Program-made: the position numbers and the translations under genes
Origin: a virus
Lineage: Duplodnaviria > Heunggongvirae > Uroviricota > Caudoviricetes
Virus record (IMG/VR): IMGVR_UViG_3300032053_000031
Reading direction: 5' to 3' (one strand)
Length of the DNA: 21,780 nucleotides
In this document: positions 17,301-21,780 of the stretch, piece after piece
Layout of the letters: every line of letters begins with the position of its first letter
Position numbering within the stretch: the first letter of the stretch is position 1
The notes under the pieces: model-generated
The model's input: the letters and a program-made list of their open reading frames with translations, nothing else
What the model was told of the DNA's origin: nothing
The model's database searches: none

Positions 17301-17787
17301 TTTTAGCTGCCTGGTAGGCGTGTTCTACCGTAGGATAATCAACTCCTTCGTAGGTAACTACAGCTGGTTCAAAGTTAGAGAAGTCTCTATATTCACCAGA
17401 GAATTCTTTAACAGCTTCCGTATATAACTCTTCTCTTGCTAAGAAGCGGGGTTTAATCTTTTTCTTTTTCTTCTTAGCTTCTACCTTACCTGGTAGTGTA
17501 GCTAGGGTAATCTTATATTGGTTAAGTTTGAAGTTAAAACCCAGCTGGCCAGACTCGGCGTCTCGTTTGAGAGGAAGAATCTGACCGCCGAGAATAATCT
17601 TTTGTAGAAGTTCAGTCTCTTCGGGGCTACTTAGAGAGGGGACACTTGCAGCAAGGATACTCCGAAACTTCTCCTCATTTGCAAGGAGACCATTGATATC
17701 TAGGGTACTTATAAGATGATTCTGAACATTGTGCGGAAAGTCTTCTATATTAAAAATTATATACTTGTCTTTTAAATTGTATTCCAT
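11314..17787 (-). CDS. Giant 2157-aa protein with N-terminal NADAR domain, C2HC Zn finger, HEAT-like repeats and coiled coils
   Basis: Uninterrupted ORF. NADAR at aa about 126-262; CPWC...HxxxC at about 16650-16752; HEAT-like helical repeats at about 13327-13707. Start overlaps the protease stop (TAATG). Confidence 0.9.
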   Translation of the reverse strand: MEYNLKDKYIIFNIEDFPHNVQNHLISTLDINGLLANEEKFRSILAASVPSLSSPEETELLQKIILGGQILPLKRDAESGQLGFNFKLNQYKITLATLPGKVEAKKKKKKIKPRFLAREELYTEAVKEFSGEYRDFSNFEPAVVTYEGVDYPTVEHAYQAAKTINPAEREAILKASTPGKAKRLGQKVNLRPDWESIKIDIMKDLVTQKFKKNPNLANLLLSTGDQPLEEGNNWGDKFWGISGGKGENHLGKILMEIREELRKPEIKKIAEEDVPQEESELMSLQQYVQNVADGSIPAIDVEMDFSLNKVAGNVRRYVDAIWVGIGKGPIAIDIDIDPSRIEATVVCPWCTQDVAEIKIDTPESYITGQVLMTQHMKVCSNKDVDANDPDKFKVLIKKAKMPSLKEIQQIVKDETWQKLREDLSWTKDNISDSLSRLRKYLGENPSRNKRVRVLNLLNGVARGGIMNDQIKRMQKSLRKQLGVEAAFMPSFTGVHWDIRPEQPGAPLENLYPECPWDADRTYTKPEDIKDPTRLLEILKKLKLKPKDEKKHPIASLEIEAVDGDMEVHKAKNAISRAAQTGNPKQWDEAETAILGLYNVVPIKEFARIAWLLLCEYEQLSEFDRALAWLDKNKPVLEKVYGKKYERIFETGPTDDPGLREKITPYSSRAKKPTSVAEAKLLIEKGSYEGKLLGVNYLGSFAKSGQSNAQELLRDYYKSIGNYIRPDETLSSRVKDLRKTIITAVESVGYPSNAESLYSIYQSTPRGVEGEKGISPGVEDKMEIMKYISEHTSKEDEPPKILTGWIDEKDKSKGGYGLNDNDDVVRNAAYEDYIKNFIILGYGRGTEEGGTGSLGMIPEEFFEKLREEKNPNIRMNIYRQITRLIPPARKEFWDKVRAARGKGPDKSHLQMLEMIDEDFANSQKKGENIGPSDIKLSEETNILNSAVGYKLGEPEKIGPIPSSIDALFGYAISMRGLPISKKVEILDGFIDTFGVDSIKADELDNYLNDQIKDIDDLLSPLGPGLTDKKKKEYEDRRASDKLGLSFVRMVKEYLKHDRWIGMFETLERKRLPSGMDQPSLSPEFEGYSKIEAAKKWFEAWSKWMSDEGPDPGDPPVSTEELEALAGEQLFKQARQPPTTWPSESGTAWGLAPALPAHIPNDDELLLKDVRQFVGRPIGKWRERLNDLWKVIIRKPLSDKEEGEKEKLVQIKPLSSLDVKAVADLKTAYDMMDGNVHEQLDAVNWYFENVEKVKQEGNEAKDQLNKVEEEIKTTKDESKLAELQDKAVQIRKILSAAENFSQKIGERIDLNVIQQALESAVHSDNLEVINAIYENVGRFFPEKYQKPTNVPFPQIKELGKVFDPRLAVVKAYADLGNVEGLTKALSNPNITVQAEAIKYLAELGQSDLLYKKYQETSVPEIKGVITHFLGKSKDVDFLVKVLHSKDVDAQKAAIQWLAYYGQHDTLNNFLKGDIASELRSLIEVELARRKVPTKGYEHLDPAEKKKNIDSLITLAAKAFDPYGRSLLYRAYVDESSAHDKWGVELIWNKVAQDLNFKNNQEWWRINGNIFTSRFVQEFNKEFPSFSEGKEALDKLSQLKELGPETYSNIYSPRQLDFVILELEFLKKSFDKEFHDLIKDIPGSKIKKDEVAKDIFVKLEAPSELRELDALKDIEVPDRHIAWQRHLSDIAVFLKSKITSLKAMTISGRDISGMKERLLKHLERLESAPNRDPAEIKRVEKDLENLEENEAFLFMASSGALFGLEKEIDKFNNKLLDAPEVAKHPDSSEHINEAKKLLNELISVIERRKEEFDSDYEAFVEHLGYKDAFEELRLNKEKTEHTLEKTPKWIFKPEDLKKHGPAGYYKNDEEIKELKSHLRALENDIKELNAELYTKLASDEAKRKWHTREQLQKSINEIKGVSTIKTPEEYEKEKEKEIKLKYERREPLPWELRGPEKLGKTAATYDSWETDQLMTHELSEREDYGVQVFPHHDYIEDTQNFPKVPEKARHQQEEWNRSREKLQQVIEDWKRKRLHKDKRKVGLEEWPKDNVVGGEGDNGSPLPYAGGKQSPTFFNAMPAQKYSQMTQDISITFEFIGNDLKIQCTWEKGDLPPDIQEEQALARILSFVETNIPRALEQFKTVKLEDVDLGNRTISLKISG
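17002..17412 (-). other. NADAR (YbiA-like) domain within the giant protein
   Basis: FSNF...YPTVEHAYQAAK...AKRLG...RPDW...KF...LLSTG...E...WGDKFWG...GENHLGKILMEIR is the full NADAR motif set. Confidence 0.9.
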
Positions 17788-18509
17788 TAGTTTAAATAGT
17801 CGTAGATAAAAGTTCTAAGGACTTCTCCAGGTATAATAAACCCCAGAGAAAAATTCCCACCTTGATTAAATACCGCTATGCCGATGACATCTCCATCTGA
17901 ATTTAAGATTGGTCCACCGCTATTTCCAGAATTAGTTGCGGCTGATATTTGCACAAATCGTCGGAAGTAAGGTAACGGAATACATCTTTCACCATTAACT
18001 ATACCCGGCTGAACTGTCCATAAGTTACCTTTTGGATGTCCAATACTAATAGCAGTAGTACCTAATCTATAATTACTGGATGCATCTACTTTGAGAATCT
18101 TTGCTTCTGGGGCAGTAGGTATATATAGTACTGCTAGGTCCTGCATTGCATTAAATTTTAATACATGTGCTGCATGCTTTTCAACCGGATCTTGTGAAAA
18201 GCCCTTTGGAAACTCATCCCAATAGACAACACTCACACCGGCAAAGTTTCCCTTACTATCTCTACAATCGTCTACACCATGTGATACTGTAAGAACAAAA
18301 TTATCTTTAAAAACAAATCCTGCAGTGAGGGATCCCCTCTTCATAGCTACATTTGAGCACTGAACAATTACAACACTAGGAATTGCTTCTTCTGCAATCG
18401 TTGTAACAGAAACGGGGCGGCTAAACACATCATATGTAATAATAGCCGTTAATAAAACAACTAATGCCAGCAAGAGGTTTCTTGCTGGTAACTCAGTTAT
18501 CAGTTTCAC
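17787..18509 (-). CDS. Trypsin-like (HtrA/DegP-type, no PDZ) serine protease with N-terminal signal/TM segment, 240 aa
   Basis: Triad TVSHG / QDLAVL / GNSGGP; SIGHP; hydrophobic N-terminus; GTG start with GGGGG RBS. Confidence 0.9.
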   Translation of the reverse strand: MKLITELPARNLLLALVVLLTAIITYDVFSRPVSVTTIAEEAIPSVVIVQCSNVAMKRGSLTAGFVFKDNFVLTVSHGVDDCRDSKGNFAGVSVVYWDEFPKGFSQDPVEKHAAHVLKFNAMQDLAVLYIPTAPEAKILKVDASSNYRLGTTAISIGHPKGNLWTVQPGIVNGERCIPLPYFRRFVQISAATNSGNSGGPILNSDGDVIGIAVFNQGGNFSLGFIIPGEVLRTFIYDYLN

Positions 18510-18537
18510 AATACACCCCCGTCTACAAATTGAGCGC

Positions 18538-18741
18538 CTAATTACCGGGGTCTAAGCCGTCTAATACCTTTGCTAGAAATGTGTCTAACTTAGCCTTTGT
18601 CACACAGTACACATCCATAAATGTGTGACAGTGGGGACATTCGTTGTATATTGCTACTTTACCTTTATATTCAGCAACATAGACATAAAAGTAAAGCGAC
18701 TGCGAGCAGTACACACATCTTACTTTTTTCCGCGTTAGCAT
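18538..18741 (-). CDS. Small Zn-ribbon protein, 67 aa
   Basis: CVYC...CPHC; weak RBS; TAG stop. Confidence 0.55.
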   Translation of the reverse strand: MLTRKKVRCVYCSQSLYFYVYVAEYKGKVAIYNECPHCHTFMDVYCVTKAKLDTFLAKVLDGLDPGN

Positions 18742-18781
18742 AGGTTCTCATAGGCTAATTGGCGCTAATAAGAATTAACTG

Positions 18782-18946
18782 TTACTCGGCCTTCTTAACT
18801 GGCTTGGCGGCAGCTGGCTCATCAAGCTTGATATAACAGTTGCACTCGGAGCAGAATATGAGATTTCGATCCTTACCGATCTTCATTAGTTTAACCTGCT
18901 GGTTTGTTAACTTCTCGCGGCAATTACTGCAGTAGTATTCGGCCAT
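18782..18946 (-). CDS. Small Zn-ribbon protein, 54 aa; not in the ORF track
   Basis: MAEYYCSNCREKL...FCSECNCYIKLDEPAAAKPVKKAE*; AGGAGA RBS. Confidence 0.65.
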   Translation of the reverse strand: MAEYYCSNCREKLTNQQVKLMKIGKDRNLIFCSECNCYIKLDEPAAAKPVKKAE

Positions 18947-19017
18947 GTTTAATATCTCCTCTTTGGTCTATGTTGCTCTAAAGAAAAGAGCTTTAGGAAC
19001 CGAAATCGTTTTCGTTC

Positions 19018-19842
19018 CTACTTGTATATCTTCCCACCATACATAATACAACCATCAATTACTTTTACTACCCGACCGTCAAAGTGTCCGCTTCCAGGTA
19101 AAACATCTGCGGTCCAGATACCCTGTAGCCATCTAGTGCTGGAATCCTTTAGGAATCCAGGGGATAGTTTACAAAGACACGGGGCAAATACATATTGGTT
19201 TGCGCGTTTGCTATCACCACTATTATGAAGAGTCTCAACTAAATGAGTGTGATGATGACCAATAACGATGTTACGCGCGGGGTATCTCTTCTTCAGGGCA
19301 GTCATACTATTAATGTTATGGCCGTGAAGATACGTAATTTTTCCTAGTGTAAGTTCTTTATCTAAAGGTAAAACTTTAATATTAAATCTGCCGGTCTCTA
19401 AAAACTTCGTTATAAGATTAGCTAAAACTACTTTCCGGATGTTTGCTAGATCGGACTTATAAGTAAGATTTTCAACACCTAGGCGAAGACCTCCTGCTAT
19501 AGCTGGATAAGTTAAACAGGCCCAATAGAGCCAATCTTCGTGATTTCCTGGAATAAAATACTTATTACAATCCGTAGGAAGAGCTTCTATTATCTGCGCT
19601 AGAAGATTCCTACCAAACGCCATCTCTTCGTCAAACATCTTAGAAATCTTTTCTAAGCCAATATACTTAAACTCATGCTCATTCCAATGACTGCACCATT
19701 CGTGATTTAGAAAGTCTCCACCAATAATAAAGTCAGTTGGAGCATAATCCTTTGCAAAAGCTAAAACTGGCGTTAAATCTATATTATGTGGACCATGAAG
19801 ATCGAATAAAGCTAGATGCCTTCTCATGTTTCCTTTTGACAT
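19018..19842 (-). CDS. Calcineurin-like metallophosphoesterase, 274 aa
   Basis: DLH, GGDF, PGNHE, LHGH and GHHH motifs; GGAG RBS; TAG stop. Confidence 0.85.
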   Translation of the reverse strand: MSKGNMRRHLALFDLHGPHNIDLTPVLAFAKDYAPTDFIIGGDFLNHEWCSHWNEHEFKYIGLEKISKMFDEEMAFGRNLLAQIIEALPTDCNKYFIPGNHEDWLYWACLTYPAIAGGLRLGVENLTYKSDLANIRKVVLANLITKFLETGRFNIKVLPLDKELTLGKITYLHGHNINSMTALKKRYPARNIVIGHHHTHLVETLHNSGDSKRANQYVFAPCLCKLSPGFLKDSSTRWLQGIWTADVLPGSGHFDGRVVKVIDGCIMYGGKIYK

Positions 19843-19911
19843 ATTTTCTCCGATATCTAGAATTTAGCTCTGTTAATTTTACAGTTTTTCTAGAGCACTT
19901 TGAATAGGTCC

Positions 19912-21432
19912 TTACGCGTACGGTACCGCTTCAATATAATTATCGGGTAGTGGGCCGACGTAAACAGCGTGTAGATCAGCGTCTTTGCCGAACTGATCAC
20001 CTGTCACATCAATTACTTTATCTTCAACTTCAACCCACCAGTGAGCAAGCATTCTTCCTTTAATATCACTTACATAACCAAAAATAGGAGTTGCGTCTAA
20101 ATGAAAATTGTTTTTAAGTACGTTAGCTAAATACTTTGATGTTTTTTCACAGAAGCCTCGGGGACTTACTTTATGATCTTCTACAAACTGTCCTCTAATC
20201 TGTTCTGCGATAGCCTTAATCTCATCCCAATCTATCTTATTAGCAGTCACTACTATAGTGGTATCATACATAGACGCAGCTGATTTATAAAATGGATTAA
20301 AAGGATTAACGACTGATTGTCCCTCTTGACCCTTCGGAAGAAAATAACTATTATGAACAAAAATTCCAGAAGCAAGAGCAAAATTGTGGTAACTTTCTAC
20401 TCCCACAATATCGTAGACGTCTGCGTAACCATCATTTTCTATTGAGATAACTTTGTGATGAATTGTCCACCCCTTAATGTCGCCACATTTATAAATCGCC
20501 GCAACTCTATGAGTTAATTTTTCCTTTCCTTCGCCAGGATTTCTAACACGTTCATACCCGTGATTGTCTAAGCGACGATATAGAGGCATTAGAGAACTAT
20601 TGATAGTTAAATTGTCTGCTCTACAGTAGGTTCCATCTCGAAGTAAAATTAAATGTTCTGGAGTACATCTAAACGATTCGGCGTTATCCAACACTATTTT
20701 CAATATAGGTACTGCTTTCTTAGTTAAAATAACTTCTTTTGCTAATCCACAACGTACTTCTTTTTTATCTTCATTCATGGAATAAACAAAAAAGTCTTTT
20801 TTCTTCTGTAGATATAATTCCTCTAAAGTAGGGTAGGTACCATCTAGTAGAGGTATTTTAGTGTCTCCGGTTAAACAACCAGGATATTCCCGTTTAAAAT
20901 TATTGTCGCCTATGTCAGATGGCCCCCACCAATCAACGTCATTCATTCGACGTTTATATTGAGGTGGCGCTACTGGACGACCCTTAGCTAGCGGAGCGTC
21001 TAATTCTTCTAAAGGAACATTCTCATATACGTTCTTAGCTTCTAAATCGCCAACGTTCACAGTTTTATCGCGATTTACAGATAGAATAACTCCCTCTACT
21101 TCACTTCGCCAAGTAGTGGGTTTAATCTTAACATGGTCGCCTTTAGTGAAAGCTTCTTTCGACATTGGCTCATAAAGTAGTCCAGGCTTATTAGAACTGA
21201 AGCCGTGCGACTTTTCTGAACCAGACCATTGCTTCCCTCTTGTGGAACTCTGGGGCCCTACTGTAAGATTCTTTTCTTTTAAAATGTTCTGTAGCACAGT
21301 GCAGAGTACTTCTGGATCTATATTAAAACCTAGACTCAAACCAGTAAGATCGGAGAAGGTATCAAAAGGAATTTCTCCTTCGATATTCTTTAATCGTTCT
21401 TCTATAAGCTGTCTAATATCTTGTTCTTTCAT
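19912..21432 (-). CDS. Intein-containing 506-aa protein: SH3-like barrel, intein, C-terminal transglutaminase/papain-like domain
   Basis: FTKGDHVKI...G.I..V (SH3/KOW-like); Hint motifs; GFCEKTS...HWWVE...IDVTGDQF (Cys-His-Asp). Confidence 0.85.
   Translation of the reverse strand: MKEQDIRQLIEERLKNIEGEIPFDTFSDLTGLSLGFNIDPEVLCTVLQNILKEKNLTVGPQSSTRGKQWSGSEKSHGFSSNKPGLLYEPMSKEAFTKGDHVKIKPTTWRSEVEGVILSVNRDKTVNVGDLEAKNVYENVPLEELDAPLAKGRPVAPPQYKRRMNDVDWWGPSDIGDNNFKREYPGCLTGDTKIPLLDGTYPTLEELYLQKKKDFFVYSMNEDKKEVRCGLAKEVILTKKAVPILKIVLDNAESFRCTPEHLILLRDGTYCRADNLTINSSLMPLYRRLDNHGYERVRNPGEGKEKLTHRVAAIYKCGDIKGWTIHHKVISIENDGYADVYDIVGVESYHNFALASGIFVHNSYFLPKGQEGQSVVNPFNPFYKSAASMYDTTIVVTANKIDWDEIKAIAEQIRGQFVEDHKVSPRGFCEKTSKYLANVLKNNFHLDATPIFGYVSDIKGRMLAHWWVEVEDKVIDVTGDQFGKDADLHAVYVGPLPDNYIEAVPYA
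20350..20877 (-). mobile_element. Mini-intein, 176 aa (C186-N361, +1 Ser), with a truncated HNH-endonuclease remnant
   Basis: Block A CLTGDTKI, block B FRCTPEHLIL, block F DVYDI, block G HNFALASGIFVHN|S; internal GYERV...THRV...GWTIHH. Confidence 0.9.
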
Positions 21433-21668
21433 TGAGGAGGTAAATCTTTGTCGGGAAGTAATCTATCAGGAATACCTTTAGCTCTCCGTTCTATCTGTGT
21501 CAAGAGCTCAAGAACCCCTTTTATATTATTAGGATCTGATAGAGCAAATTTAACATCGCGAACGGTCGACAAAATCCAACGTTCTATTTCTTCCTGCAAC
21601 GCGTGTTTCAACTTAAGTCTTTCGACCTTGAGAGCCTTCTGATAAAACTCTGCATCTGAGTTTGTCAT
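21429..21668 (-). CDS. Hypothetical helical protein, 79 aa
   Basis: ATGA overlaps at both ends. Confidence 0.65.
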   Translation of the reverse strand: MTNSDAEFYQKALKVERLKLKHALQEEIERWILSTVRDVKFALSDPNNIKGVLELLTQIERRAKGIPDRLLPDKDLPPQ

Positions 21669-21721
21669 GGATTTTCTAGATAGTAAGGTCTTACTGCACG
21701 TTGTTTCTTCTTGCGCTTCAT
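21665..21721 (-). CDS. Possible 18-aa basic micro-ORF (MKRKKKQRAVRPYYLENP)
   Basis: ATGA overlap at both its start and its stop; GGAG upstream. Confidence 0.4.
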   Translation of the reverse strand: MKRKKKQRAVRPYYLENP

Positions 21722-21780
21722 ATTTTAATAAACTCCGTTTCAGTTCCGTCAGGATTCTTCACTTTATATGAAGGACCCAT
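21718..21780 (-). CDS. 3' end of a gene truncated by the window edge (...GPSYKVKNPDGTETEFIKI*)
   Basis: Frame open from the edge to TGA at 21720-21718, which overlaps the next ATG. Confidence 0.4.
   Translation of the reverse strand: MGPSYKVKNPDGTETEFIKI

Noticed and set aside
8712-17427. Plus-strand track ORFs opposite the two large genes (8712, 8770, 10849, 12533, 14448, 14777, 14892, 15597, 15770, 16295, 17164)
   Set aside because: Ser/Phe/Leu-rich antisense shadows of Lys/Glu-rich genes, without RBSs; 8712 also overlaps the tRNA.
19855-19895. Nested inverted repeats (TCTAGAA...TTCTAGA enclosing CTGT...ACAG) in the 19843-19911 gap
   Set aside because: AT-rich, weak and interrupted stem with no clear U-tract; cannot be called a terminator or promoter.
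21434-21642. Antisense ORF 21448-21642 with a perfect GAGGAGGT RBS before TTG
   Set aside because: The RBS is the reverse complement of Leu-Pro-Pro-Gln codons of the minus-strand gene, the product has no recognisable features, and it is fully antisense to a coupled gene.
1-21780. Genome-wide TAG reassignment (code 15)
   Set aside because: No internal TAG in the 2157-, 856-, 506-, 311- or 296-aa genes, and TAG ends seven genes, at least one (5748) unambiguously.
1-21780. CRISPR array, rRNA, integrase/att site, IS element or terminal repeats
   Set aside because: None seen by eye. The IS1-like Zn ribbon at the end of the 856-aa protein has no transposase or inverted repeats with it.

Overview
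AT-rich, densely packed window that reads like part of a large dsDNA bacteriophage genome. This is an inference from many small hypothetical genes, ATGA/TAATG overlaps, bacterial Shine-Dalgarno sites, a lipobox protein and a RuvB; no capsid, terminase or integrase gene is visible. It has two convergent arms. The + arm (1-8738) holds about 25 mostly small genes: an RlaP-like nucleotidyltransferase, a ParB-like protein, an unannotated 57-aa histone-fold protein, a stand-alone catalytically dead fragment of a ribonucleotide reductase alpha subunit, a RuvB lacking its RuvA-binding hairpin, a DUF559 nuclease and many Cys-rich microproteins. The - arm (8739-21780) holds large genes: an 856-aa KOW/HTH/Zn-ribbon protein, a 2157-aa NADAR-fused giant protein, a trypsin-like protease, a metallophosphoesterase and an intein-containing protein. 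The headline observation is at the end of the + arm. A perfectly folded tRNA with anticodon CTA (amber suppressor, 8668-8738) lies just downstream of two tandem Cys-rich genes missed by the ORF track (7754-7972, 7962-8423). Each has a strong RBS and an in-frame TAG at codon 3 or codon 2, while TAG remains an ordinary stop in seven other genes and is absent from all long ORFs. This looks like a local, suppressor-tRNA-gated translational switch rather than genome-wide recoding. All family assignments come from motif recognition by eye and need HMM or structure confirmation.
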